This document shows positions 25,564 to 38,300 of a stretch of 64,000 bases of DNA, one piece after another. Numbering within the stretch: the stretch's first letter is position 1; the number at the start of each line of letters is the position of its first letter. This DNA is from Azolla caroliniana (Eukaryota > Plantae > Polypodiophyta), in assembly GCA_043228905.1 (NCBI GenBank), contig JBHGNT010000003.1, positions 18,662,001 through 18,726,000 of the forward strand, in the 5' to 3' direction. The notes below the pieces were generated by a model. That model saw only the letters and a program-made list of their open reading frames with translations, made no database searches and was not told the DNA's origin. The translations under genes and the position numbers were made by a program.

Positions 25564-26144
25564 TGTTGGGATTACGGTCCCTCCGGATGGGATGGTCGGA
25601 TGTCCGGGAATCGAATGATGAATACCCCGGCTACGGAGCCGGATGATGAAGACCCCGGTTACGGAGCCGGATGCTAAATGTACCCGGAGAGAGATCCGGA
25701 TGCGGGGACATATTTGTGAATATGTTTGCCAAGAGCCCTTGAGGCTATATTTGTAAATAGCCCGAAAGTCATATGTGTATAAATATGACTTAGGGCAAAC
25801 AGTTTAAATGTTGTTGCTCATTTTTATGTTTCAGTTGAGAGAGCAAAGAGAGAGCAGCCGAGAGAGAGGGAGAGAAACGAAGAGGTCGACATCTCTGTGT
25901 ATTACCGCTGCCTGTGGCGAAGACAGTGAGCTCAAGGTCGTAGCCTTGTAGCTTCACCATTGTACACCTCTGTTTATAGTGATAGTTGGAGTTTGAGGAC
26001 TCCCGTGGTTTTTTCCCATTTAGGGTTTTCCACGTAAAACATCCTGTGTACTCCTCTCTCTATTGTCCTCGTGCACTTTCTATTTCCCGTTTTCTGTGAG
26101 TTGATCCTATTCCTCAGTTTGTGACCGAGCGCTGTTTTGCAACA
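25564..26144 (+). repeat. 3' LTR (581 bp)
   Basis: Follows the PPT, ends CA, followed by TSD GTTTA. Confidence 0.95.
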
Positions 26145-26149
26145 GTTTA

Positions 26150-26560
26150 ATCCAATTAATGTATGGGAGTTTGCCGGTAAAAAACAATATAACCGCACGA
26201 TCATAGAATACATCAAAAGATTGCAACATTGCCTTAACATCAACTTCCAAATCATACACATCCTCATCAATGCATTCTTTCCTTGCATTTTCATTTTCTT
26301 CCACAATATCAAACAACAAGATATTGGCATTTCCCCATAAATTATCCCAATTACAATGATCCTTGTCAACCTCATTTACATGTATTACTTCAGCATATGT
26401 CGCATTTTTCTCATAAATTTGCTCAATACCCTTAAACCTCTTAGAGCTTCCAATGTCTTCCCTTTCACGATTACATTCAACCATCACATTAGTCTATTTT
26501 GGATCAATTGTGTCCATATTGATGTCCCCCACAATTTGAGAGGAATTCATGTTCATATCC
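26150..26560 (-). pseudogene. 5' part of L1 ORF1, continuing across the copia insertion
   Basis: ORF 26107-26487 reads into the TSD on the same strand as 19690-20783. Confidence 0.65.
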
Positions 26561-26599
26561 ATTATTCTTGATGTGATAATGATCCAGGATAAAAACAAA

Positions 26600-27299
26600 T
26601 TTCCATGAAAAAGAAAGATAACCGAAACTAACCCGATTGAAGATGATGAATACTATAGAAGACCCGATCGTAGAGGTCGAGGTGCGCGGAACCAGACGAG
26701 TCGAGGAGGATCGGACCGGAAGAGTCATGGTACACAAGATCAGACTAGATGAGGAGTGCGAGCGAGGCGTAGGAGGGCCAGGAAAGGACGTTGGAGTGAC
26801 CAACCAACTGAAGCCGACACAACGGAACCTCAAGTTGAGCTTGAGGGGGAGTGTTGAGCGAGCAAGCTCAAATCGGGTCGAGTGGCTGAAGAAGCCGAGA
26901 ACCAAATCAGTTGAAGACTGATTAGGAAGACCCAAATCAACCGTAGGATCGAGAACCAAGAGCCGTGTGGTGAGGGACTCGGGTAGGTCGTTAATATACT
27001 ATATTCCTAGTACAGTAAATAGGAATATTGTACACAGAATTAGTGTTAGGCTCATTTATGAGCATTCAAGTACTAATGGTACTTGTGTCAGCCCACTCGT
27101 CAGGGCTTGTATAAAAAGTGCTCACTGAGCATGAAGTATGTACAGAGCGTTATTCCTCTTAATATAATTTTGTGTCTGCTCTCTCTGTTTGTCTCTCTTT
27201 CTCTGTGTTCTCTGCATTTACCGAACTATTGTGTTTTCGAACATCAACTGTATACTCTGTGTCTTTTACGCACACTTCCACACATCGTATTCTTTTACA
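26600..27299 (+). mobile_element. 3' remnant of a copia: 3' UTR, PPT and LTR (26852-27299)
   Basis: CAAGTTGAGCTTGAGGGGGAG|TGTTGAGCG as at 55980-56010; LTR ends CTTTTACA. Confidence 0.8.
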
Positions 27300-27990
27300 A
27301 TTGTACATGGAAAGGATCAAATACTCTATTTTTTGAATACCAAGCATTGCTTGTGTTTGCATTAAAAGGAAACCCGTTAGTTCCATCTTGGTATCAAATA
27401 TTTTAGTTCTCTGTGAAATATTACTGTTCTAAGCTTGACCTCGCATAGATTGATTGAATGGTGATTTGGTGTGTTAATTTTTTTTATTTGATTTGGTATG
27501 CACTAAAAAAATTCAACATGTTCTGGTTGCCATTTTCGCTTGTAGGAAAGTGGTTGGTTAAAATTTTTAAATTCCGGTTAAGACCATAACAAGCAGAAAA
27601 GTTCTAGTAGGGTCTAAAGACTTTCCCCAACATTGATCATGACCCTTTGTGCATGAGATAAACTAACAATAAAATCCATGGAGATACTTTCCCATTTGTT
27701 ATTGGGAAATCTAAGGGATGCAAAAGACCAACAACTTTAAGTCATCCGGACTTATTAATTAGACATTTTAAGCATTGAATCACGTATTTATGCATGTCAG
27801 AGTGCATCTTAGGCCCAAAAAAAGTAGTCGAGATGATAATGAGTGTGCATTGTATTCTAGGATGACCAACGGATGGTGCATCATGTCACGACACAATGAC
27901 ATAAAAAACATAGTTGGTGAGAATTGAACCTACAACCTCACATCAACAAGATGCCATGCCCTACCATTTTGATATGAGCAACACGATTTT

Positions 27991-28063
27991 GGTTTCGGCC
28001 TCGGTTGAGTTTCTCATCAACTCGGCTCTTCTCTTCCCATCCGGAGGGACCCATTTCCTAACA
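27991..28063 (-). mobile_element. Terminal fragment of a Tork-like LTR
   Basis: GGTTTCGGCCTCGG...TTCCCATCCGGAGGGACC..TTTCCTAACA matches the LTR ends at 36959 and 49809. Confidence 0.8.
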
Positions 28064-29700
28064 AAAGATACCTATTATGAAAAAACTATAATTTAACCAC
28101 TTCTTGGATACCACCACCTATAGAAAAGTAACTCATTTTCCGTTAGAAGAACTCTTATATCGCCTTAATAGTATAGTGCAAAAAAATCTAGGAACACTTT
28201 CCTTTATCGAAGCTAATTACATACTCCATAAACCCCTAAAGGGATATCAAGTATCTAATATTTACTTTCTCCCGAAACTCCATAAAACACCCATTGGCTT
28301 TAGACGCATTTGTTCTGATAATAACTCGATATTCGAGCAAACCTTGAAATGGCTACATTTTCAACTTTTATCCATCCTAGTACTCCAAAAACAATACCTA
28401 AAAGACTCACACTCCCTCATCCAGAAACTAGAACAACTAACCCCCCCCCTCCTAACAATTTCATCTTCTCTTTTGATGTAGAATCCATTTATCCTAGCAT
28501 CCCCCCTAAGTTAGGACTCGAAGCACTTCGTCATATCATCTCCACCCATATTTCCTTAGCCAAGACTAATCTTATCTATACCCTTAGCGCTCTAACCCTA
28601 GAGTATCACTACATGACCTTCGATAATCAAGTATACCAACAAATCAAAGGAACAACCATGGGTAGCAACTTCTTAGTTGTCTATGCATGCCTTTTCTTAT
28701 CACACTTAGAAAACTCACAAACCACACACCATTTCTTCTATTTTACTAGGTACATAGAGGATGCCTTCAGGGTTTGTACAGGTACGAAACCCCAACTCTT
28801 AGAATACCTCAGTTTCTATTGCCTTTTGATTAATAACTCTATTAAACTTGCGATCCATATGTCCCCCACTAGGTTCCCTTTCTTGGATATTTGTATCAAT
28901 CTAGAGAACTCTAAGTTCTCTTTCCATTGTTTCCAAAAACTATTAAATTCCTATAAATATCTTCCCTTCTCTTAAGACCATCCCATACATGTTAAACAAA
29001 ATTTTATTTCGAACAAATTAAAATGCTACTTAGTTAGAGAAAGCACACATATAGGGTACCTATAAATGAAAAAATGTTTCTTCCTTAGACTCATTAGCCG
29101 AGGTTACCCACCCCATTTCATCCTTAAGGCCTTTAAAAACCATCCTTTCTTACTTAGGAATACTCTCATCCATAAGCATAAAAATAAATCTTCCCTTACA
29201 CCTACCATATTCAAGCTTAGGTACTCTAAAAACTCCCCTAAATTAGGCATCCACTTGTTTTTTTCAAGACTTACACGCGGAACTTAGCCTAGATCCCCAA
29301 CTAAAAGACATCCCTAAACCTTTTATATGTTGGACCAAGTCCCAATCACTCTATTCTTATCTAGTCAAAACTAAATATATTAGATCCCCAAATCCCCATT
29401 AAAACATCACACTTATTATTGCTATCTATCTATTAGAACTCAATATAATAGATCCCCAAATCATCCCTTCCCATCAAACTCATTAGGCTATCCCTCTCTA
29501 CATTCACTACCTCCCTAACTCCCACATCCTCCATTATACACATTCAAATCCCCCCTCTCTCTCTCATCCATCCCCACCACTCCCCTTTTCTCTTCTTTCC
29601 TCTTCCCTTATATAAGCCTCTCACTTTTTTGTATATGGTCTTTAGCATTGACGAGCTAGAGCGAAACATGTTTGCCAAAAGACCTTTTTCTTACATAATT
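28064..29700 (+). mobile_element. Penelope-like element remnant: RT and thumb/linker, no downstream GIY-YIG
   Basis: IYFLPKLHKTPIGFRRICS, FSFDVESIYPSIP, YQQIKGTTMGS, RYIEDAF, ISRGYP, PKPFICWTKSQSLYSYLV; several frameshifts; TATA-like box and hammerhead downstream. Confidence 0.85.
29637..29684 (+). ncRNA. Minimal type I hammerhead ribozyme, probably decayed
   Basis: GGTCTTTAGCA-TTGACGA-GC TAGA GC-GAAAC AT GT T-TGCCAAAAGACC: stem I, core, 2-bp stem II, palindromic stem III; C3 and H17 both read T. Confidence 0.75.
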
Positions 29701-29829
29701 TGAAATTTGAAATCTCTCTCTCTCTCTCTTCTCCTCCCCTACTATTTTCTTTTATAATATTCTTTAGGTACCATACTATTTAACCTAACTATTCAACCGC
29801 CGAAGGTTATACGCTCACACTCCTTACTT

Positions 29830-32339
29830 AGGCCATAAGGCCAACAACTACTAAAGGTTTGTCAAAAGAACCTTTCATGCCCATTTCTTTGTGTGAAAGT
29901 TGTATCCTTGGTAAAATGTCCCAACAACCCTTCCCAAAGCATAGATCTAGAGCCTCTACCCCTTTTGCATTAGTACATAGTGATCTATGTGGACCTTTTC
30001 CAACCCCTTCTCTTAGTGGAGCCAAATACTTCATTAGCTTTATAGATGAATTTTGCTGCTTTACAGTCTTGCATTTTCTCAAGTATAAAAGTCAAGCTTA
30101 TCAAGAATTTAAAGAATACAAGGTTCAGGTCAAAGTACAAACATCAACAAAGACTAAAAGTTTTCAAACCGATGGTGGTGGTGAGTATATGTCTCATGAA
30201 TTTCAAACATTTTATCAAATGAAGACATACATCATAGAATATTAACACCACACAAAAATGTTGTATCTGAAAGAAAGAATAGAACACTTCTCAATATGGC
30301 TCGAAGTATGTTACAATTTGCTCAATTATCGCCTCAATTTTGGGAAGAAGTGGTTGGCACCACTTGCTACATTCAAAATTGAGGATTTCATAGATCTTTG
30401 GGGCTCCAAACCCCTTACGAACTATGGCATGGTCACAAACCTAACCTAAGTAACCTTCATATTTTTGGTTGTGATGCTTATTCTTTTGTGCCAACTGTTC
30501 AAAGAAACAAGCTAGATCCAAGAGCTACAAAATCAATTTTCATCAGATATGGGGAAGCTTCCAGATACAAGCTCTACGATCCACAAAAGCAAAGAATATT
30601 CTTTAGTCATAATGTGATATTCCAAGAAAATGGGCTTTCTCCAAAGGTTTCTTCTTCACTTTCTTTTAATCTACCTCCTTTATTACCTACCCCTACTCAC
30701 TTACAACCATCTTCTTCAACTATCTCCAAATTTAATAATTCTCACATTGGGGGAGCCAACATTGGCTCATCCTCTACTTCAAAAGTCAAAGCATGTGAAT
30801 GGAAACGCTATTATAGCTAACATGTAGCTAAAATGACCACAACTAAGTAGTTTTTTTATAGCTAATTTATAGTGGGAAATTCTTAATAATACATATAATT
30901 TACTATGGGGATGGAAATATTACCATTTATAGTCCACATTTTAGTTGGTCTTTATTTGAGATCACATTCTAATAATCCCTAAAATTGCCAAAATATGCAA
31001 ATTACATGCAACTTTTTGCATAGCTAATTAGTTATGTCAAGGACACAGTTAATTGTTCCCATTCCCATGCTTTCAATGCCCTTCCATCTAATCACAAAGA
31101 AAAGGTCAAACCTTCTCAACCAACTAATTCTTCTTCTTTTCCAACTAATTTTTCTAATCCTTCCTCTGAATTCCAATCTCTCAATGATTCTCTTTCTTCT
31201 ACTCCTTTAAATACACATGGCTTAACTCTATCTTCATCATCAACTCCCCCTCCTAATTCTTCAACTCAATCTTCATCAACAACTTCTCCACCAACAAAGT
31301 ATCGATCTCTAAATAGTATTTATGAACAACTTGATCAAATGGAAGCACATTTTATGGACTTGGACCATGACGCTAATATATAAGAAGAAGAAATTACAAT
31401 CATTAGTGATGACACCAATCTATCGGCCAAAAATGCACTTTTAGGACCATATTCTAGCAAATGAAGAAAGGCTATGGAGGAATAGATAAAGGATCTAATT
31501 AAAAATGGTATGTGGACCCTCGCTAAGCCTCCTAAAGATCGTCAAATAATTGGTTCTAAATGGGTCTTATGCATCAAGCAAGATGGTAATGGCAATCCAA
31601 TTCACTTTAAGGCTTGTGTTATTGCTCGAGGTTTTTCTCAAGTACCAGGTATTGATTTTCAAGATACATTTAGCCCAACACTAAAAATATGTGGTTTTCG
31701 AATGCTCGTTGCTCTTGCCACTCAACATGATCTAGAATTGCACCACTTGGATGTACAAACGACTTTTCTTCATGGAGATTTAGATGAAGAACTTTATTTA
31801 CAACAACCACAATTGTTTGAAGATCAAAGTCATCCAACACATGTTTGTCGACTTCGTAAATCTATTTATGGCCTTAAGCAATCTCCATGCATGGTATCAC
31901 AAACTTCACTCTTTCCTTATAAAGGTTGGATATCATCGTCTAAACAATGAGCCAAATATATATGTTAGAAAAACCAAATCAAATTTTGTTATCATAGGTG
32001 TCTATGTTGATGATTTGCCCTTGATATCTAACTCTAAATCTTATCTAACTATTGTAAAGACGGAACTTCCATGTGTCTTTCCTATCACCGATTTAGGCCC
32101 CATGACACATTTTCTAGGCATCAAAGTGACTCAAAATAGAACGAATCATACTATCTCATTATCACAATCTAATTATATTAATTCTATTCTCCAAAGATTT
32201 GATATGCTCCATAGTAAGCCCATTAGTAAGCCTCCTCTTAGATCTCCTTGTAAACTCTAAAATGATGATTATCCAAAAACAGAATGAGAAATTTCCGAAA
32301 TGAAGGATGTACCTTATAAACAAATCCTTGGATGTATAA
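29830..32339 (+). pseudogene. AT-rich copia pol remnant (IN-RT), outermost member of the nest
   Basis: CESCILGK, LVHSDLCGP, TDGGGEY, ARGFSQVPGIDF, VYVDD; continues after 56477. Confidence 0.9.
30789..31072. mobile_element. MITE (~284 bp), possibly PIF/Harbinger-like
   Basis: TIR AAGCATGTGAATGGAAAC / GTTCCCATTCCCATGCTT; TCA on both flanks. Confidence 0.6.
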
Positions 32340-35300
32340 TGTTGAGCGGGCAAGCTCAACCGGATCCGGATCGGATGAATAAACCAGAGTCGGATCGGTA
32401 TCCGGAACGGAGAACCAGATAGGTACCCCGATCGGTGTCCGGATATATCGGTATCCGTAACCTAGAGCCGGACCGGAGAACCGGACCGTACTCTGGAATA
32501 GTGAGAACCGGTAGGCCGTTGGAGCCTATGGTCCGAGCCTAGTATGTAGGCATATTCCTTGGAGTTAGTGTCAATCGCTCGTATGAGCATTGAAGTACAT
32601 GTCAATACTTCTGTCAGTCCTTTTAAGAACTTGTATAAAAAGTGTTATGTAGGACATTTGTATGTACATAGAGTGTTGTTATTTTGAATTGACTTTACTG
32701 TTATGCTCTATCTGTCTCTCCCGTGTATTCAAGTTTTCCATTAAACCTCCATTCTGTGTTCTGTTATCTGAACTAGCCGGTTTTGTCTTAGCTTCTGCAC
32801 ATTATCTTTTACATGGTATCAGAGCGCGAGGGTTGAGAATCCTCTATTGCCGACAAGTGACACTCACAAACAAACCCTAACACCCGGTAAAGAACATGAA
32901 GGAGAGAATAGACCGAGGAATGGCTAACTCACTCCCAATGGAGAAGCTCGACAGATCCAAGTATGCATCCTGGTCGTACAACATGCACTAGTACATGCTC
33001 AGGCATGGCTACGGGAGTTATGTTGATGGAGCTAATGATACAACACCTGATGCAGCACATAGGGACTTCTCGGGTTGGGAACAAGCGGCAAGCAGGGTAA
33101 TGTACTACTTCACGTCTAGTGTCGGTGATCAACTGCTCAGCCATATCCAGGACGCCAAGACGCCAAAGGAAGCTTGGGGAAACCTGAAAAAGTTCTTCGC
33201 TGTAAGCACCACGACCTGAAAACTACAACTCCGAGAGGAGTTAAGTAATGTCCAATAGAAGGACGTGTCGGTGGCCGACTACACGGCCTAGATCAAAGAC
33301 ATCTGCAATTCACTTGCCTCCATCAACGTGACCGTCGAGGAGGATGAGATGGTATAGGTCTGACTCGGGGGCCTGGTGTCGAATTTCGGAGCATTCCGAA
33401 CTATGGTATGTACAAGGGAGAATACACCCTCCTTTTTTATTTACAGTCGATGCTCCTTGTAGAGGAGAACCACGCGGGTGCATCGACGAGCACGCACACT
33501 GACAACAATGTGTTGTACACGGAGAAAGAGAGGTCTCATGGTTGTGGTGGATGAGGCGGATTGGTGTGCAATGGAGATAGCCGACAAGAATCTGAGGCAC
33601 AAAGATAGTGCCGACAGCAGTTCTGGACCCTCCACAAGTAGGTGGATTCAAAGCGGCGCCGGAAATCGGCGAGGAAAGACCAACACAGAATGTTGCTATT
33701 GTGGCAAGAAGTACCATTGGGAAATTGAGTACTGGAAGAAGCGCACCGATTCGGATAAATCCAGATTCGGCAAGTCTAAACAAGGGAACCGACAAAGCTC
33801 GCACTACGTAGAAGGATCTGGAACCGGAAAGACCAGAAAAGGGCCAACCTTCATGATGAAGCATAAGGTGAACTCGATGAAGAAGACCACTTCCAGATCG
33901 GAGGAAGTGTGGTACATTGACTCTGGAGTGTCTAACCACATGACGAGCCAGGAAGAGTGGTTCTTATATCTGGAAAAACTGGAGCGACCAGGAGTTGTCA
34001 AAACCGGAGAAGACACTCCTCACCCGATCGTGCATATTGGAGAAGTTCCCTTGAGTCATGTCGGACAAAAAGGGAAGCTTATGAACTTGCTTCACGTCCC
34101 GACAAACACAAAGAACCTGGTGTCGGTGGGGCAGATCGTCAACCAAGGGATGCATGTGTGGTTTACGCACCTCGGGTGCTTCATCAAGGAAGAGGGTCAG
34201 ATCATCGCGCAAGGGCGCTAGGACAGAAGGATGTTTATCCTCAACACCAATGACGTCGGCACCGTTGTCGTGTGATTCTTCACACATGATATGAAAAATA
34301 ATGAAAATAATTATTTTATATTAGCTTAATGGCTTGGTATTGAAAGATGGACATTTTCAAGAGTTTCCGAATGCATTTTACTACATATGAAACAGACAAT
34401 TAAGTATCAAGTTATATGAGTATGAAGTTTGAGAAGATAGGGAAAACAAAATTGTGAGATATCCCACATAGATAGGACAACATAAGATTCAACAGTATAT
34501 AAGTAGGTCCATAACTAATTATTTTATATGTGTGTGTTTGGAGCACACAATGGTTAGGGTGATTTGGCCCGAACTGTTTGGATAGATGGATGTGGATAAA
34601 TTACTTGGAATGATTTTGGAGGACGGTTTAGAACGTCCGGTACGGATCGGGACGGGACGGTTGGGACGCGTGGATCAGCGGGACGACTGTATAGATCATG
34701 CATAGGTCGAACTATACGGATGCATGCAACTAAAAATAGAGGCCATGCAACAAAAGTAAGGTCATGCATGAACGCTATTATTAGAAGAAAAAGCATGCAT
34801 GAACGTTATTATTAGAAGAAAAAGCATGAAGTCTATATTAGAAAAAGCATGGATTGCTATGTGCTAAGTCTCCCATCACTATATAAGGGTGGAAACCACA
34901 ATGTAATAGGGGGGGTAATTGTTTTTCCTTAGGGGATTGAAGCTATCTCTCACATAAACCCTAATTTTCCTTATGGAAGCCATATCTCTCAAAACCCCTA
35001 AATTTTCTTATCTATTAATCTCTTTAAACCTAAACTTCTATAATCCCAATCTTGGGATAGATTGTAATTTTTCTTTTTCTTTGCCAATGAAATTTATCAA
35101 ACTTTCTCATTTTTGTTAATTCTTAAAAACAAACGCACAAATTTGGTATCCTCTAGTCGGAGGCCCCGGGGTCCTGCCTCAATTTCACGTATCCTTGTAT
35201 TTCCGCGACATCTTTGGTGAACCCGACGTGAAACGAGGCGGCAGGAGGATATCTCATGGAGGCATATAGATACAAAGAGCCGAAGAGATGCAACCTATAC

Positions 35301-38300
35301 GAGTTCGACCAATGGATATCATCATAAAAGACCCACCAAAGTGCCATGCATGCGTTCAGTGAGTTCAAGAGTCTCTTTGCTCAATTCTCGGAGCGGGATC
35401 GAAGATTGGTGGGGGTGAATAAAGTCCTAATGTTCGTGAAATCGATAAATCTGAAGGAAAGGAAGGCCATTGGAATCCGACTTGAAGATGACGATGGTGC
35501 AAATGGCCTCACCGAAAAGCGTATGTCAGCAACATGACAAGAGAAAGATGGGAATCTTGTCGACAATATCATGTTCTACGAGGGACGATCAAAGGAGGAT
35601 GAGATGTGGCAACATGCCACCACCAAAGGAAGAGAGCTCAAAGAGAGAACATTCAAAGACACTCAACATAGAAGCTTTGATGAGAGAAGCACTCGAGAAC
35701 TTTAAAGCGCAAGTCAATGTTGAAGAGGAGTTTATAATGGAGCCAAAATCGAGGCAAATGGTGATCAAGGAAGAAGAGACCTCCCAACAAATGCAGAGTA
35801 ATGATATGTCCAATACAAAGGCCCAAGTTCGGTACGACAGTACCACGGGAGAAGGTGTGGAACAAGCCACCTTCTCAACTTACGAAGGAACGATGGTCAA
35901 GAGAAGGGCTGAAGACTCGAGAGCGGGAAATTCCGCTTTGAGAGTGGACAAGCATTTCGGAACATATGTTGTGTCCGAAACATCAAGTGATGAAGAAGCG
36001 AGCATGAGAAAAGTTTGCATGATCCAGGAAGACAATGGGTACGGGGCCCATGAGTTTGAATAGATAGCCGTGGAGAATAATGTCGAGGTGAAGAGGGTAG
36101 ACGACGACCATGAAGAGACTTTCACCACAATGGTCTAGAGACTTGGGCATTAACCGATGTAAGACCCAAGAGACAGAAGGTGGTGGTGAGGAAGCAAAGG
36201 TCAAAGTTGAAACGTGATAGGAACTACATGCTCCCTTTGAACAACGCTCGGCCACAACCGAGCCTAGAATAAAACACAGAAAACAGGGAATGAAACACAA
36301 CACGATAGAGAGAAGAGTACACACGATGTTTACATGGAAAACCCAAAATCGGGAAAAACCACGCCAGCCCACAGACTGCAAACTATCACTATGTCAGAAT
36401 GTACAATAAGAAAGCACTGAGGCCACGACCTCGAGCTTGCTATCTTCACCACAGGTGGCAGCTACAATCAGAGGCAACGACCTCTTCCTCTCTCTCACTC
36501 TCTCTGTACACAGTTGCGCACTCTAATCTTGCACCAACAAGAATGACAACAACTTTCTCGCCTTGTGTATACAAAAAGTTTGCCCTAAGTCATATTTATA
36601 CTAATATGACTTTTCGGCTATTTACAAATATAGCCACGATGGACTCTCAGAAACATATTTACGAATATGTCTCTTCATCGGTGAGCACTCCTCACCGGGC
36701 CTGCATCATCGGCGCTTGCCGGGTACTCGTCATCCGGTTCTCACCGGGTCTGCACCATCCGGCTCTCCGTAGCCGGGTACTCGTCATCCGGTTCTCACCG
36801 GGTCTGCAACATTCGACTCTTTGTAGTCGGGTACTCGTCATCCGGTTCTCACCGGGTCTTCCGTAGCTGGGTATTCCTCATCCGGTTTCGGCCTCGGCCG
36901 AGTTTGCTCATCAATATTGTTCTTCTGACTTCCCATCCGGAGGGACCTGTTTCCTAACAAACTCCCCCTTCACTCCGGCATGGGATGTCTTACTAGTCCG
37001 ATCCGCTTCCGGCATGCATCCAGCTTGTCGGGTATCAGTACTTTGGTCAACATATCTGACCTGTTCTCGGCCATGTGGATCTTCGTCAATGCGAACTCCT
37101 GGTCATCTACTCTTTCCCGGATCTAGTGATACCTTTGCTGGATATGCTTCGTTCGGGAATGGTAGGCCGCATTCTTAGCAAGGTGGATGGCACTTTGACT
37201 GTCGCAGTAGAGCCGGTATTTATCTTGCCTGATACCGAGCTCTCCGATGAAGTCCTTCATCCATAATATTTCCTTGCCGGCTTCCACAACCGCCATGTAC
37301 TCCACCTCCGTGGTTGACAACGCAACTGTCTTCTGCAGCCTCGACTACCACGAAACAGCTCCCCTTGCATATATCATTACATACCCGGATGTAGACCGGC
37401 TGGTATCCACATCAGCCGACATGTCCGAATCGGTAAAACCATCAAGTTGAGGTTTACCGGAGCCGAATCGGAGACACATATTCAAAGTGCCCTTCAAGTA
37501 CCGGAGTATCCATTTGACTACGTTCCAGTGCTCCTTGCCGGGATTGCTCATAAACCGGCTCACCACTCCGACTGCGTATCCTATATCCGGTCGGGTACAC
37601 ACCATTGCGTACATTAAGCTCCCGACGGCAGAGGCATATGGAACCTTCATCATATCAACCTTCTCTGCTTTCGTCTTCGGGCTTTGCTTACCAGATAATC
37701 TGCAGTTTGCCGGGAGTGTCGATCCGACCGGTTTCGCTTCCAACATGTTGAACCGCTGAAGCACCTTTGTCACATACTTCTTCTGTGACAACCACAATTG
37801 CTTCGTTGGCCGGTTCCGGATGATATGCATCCCTAGCATCTGTCTTGCCGAACCCAAGTCTTTCATTGAGAAGGTCCGGTTGAGAGCCTTCTTCAGCATC
37901 CGTATTTTGACTTGGTCCCGTCTGATGATCAACATGTCGTCCACGTTCAGAAGGAGTATCAGGAAGTCGCCTCCTTCGAACTTCTTCACAAACATGCAGT
38001 GATCGGCCTGCGTCTTGTGGTACCCTTGATCGGTCATGAAGGAGTCGAACTTCCGGTACCATTGCCGGGGTGCTTGCTTCAACCCGTAGAGGCTCTTCTT
38101 CAACTGGCAAACCAGGTGCTCCTTCCCTTTCTCCACGAATCCTTCCGTTTGCTGCATGTAGATCTCCTCTTCGAGGTCGCCGTGAAGGAATGTCGTCTTC
38201 ACGTCCAGCTGCTCTACCTCGAGGTCCATGCTTGCCGCTATACTCAACACCATCTGGATGGAGGTCATCTTTACTACCGGGGCAAATATCTCGTCGAAGT

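Larger units (their letters stand above)
20784..26144 (+). mobile_element. Full-length young Ty1/copia LTR retrotransposon (Tnt1/Tork-like)
   Basis: LTRs 20784-21448 and 25564-26144 (TG...CA); TSD GTTTA; PBS TGGTATCAGAGC 21452-21463 (tRNA-iMet); PPT 25552-25561. Confidence 0.97.

Noticed and set aside
27915-27975. tRNA gene (also B-box hits near 2450, 57440 and 57575)
   Set aside because: Only A/B-box-like remnants; I could not fold a full cloverleaf, so these are treated as tRNA-derived repeats
35143-35152. TGGTATC as a tRNA-Met PBS
   Set aside because: Also present in the 3' LTR near 52395, so it is internal LTR sequence; the real PBS is at 35215
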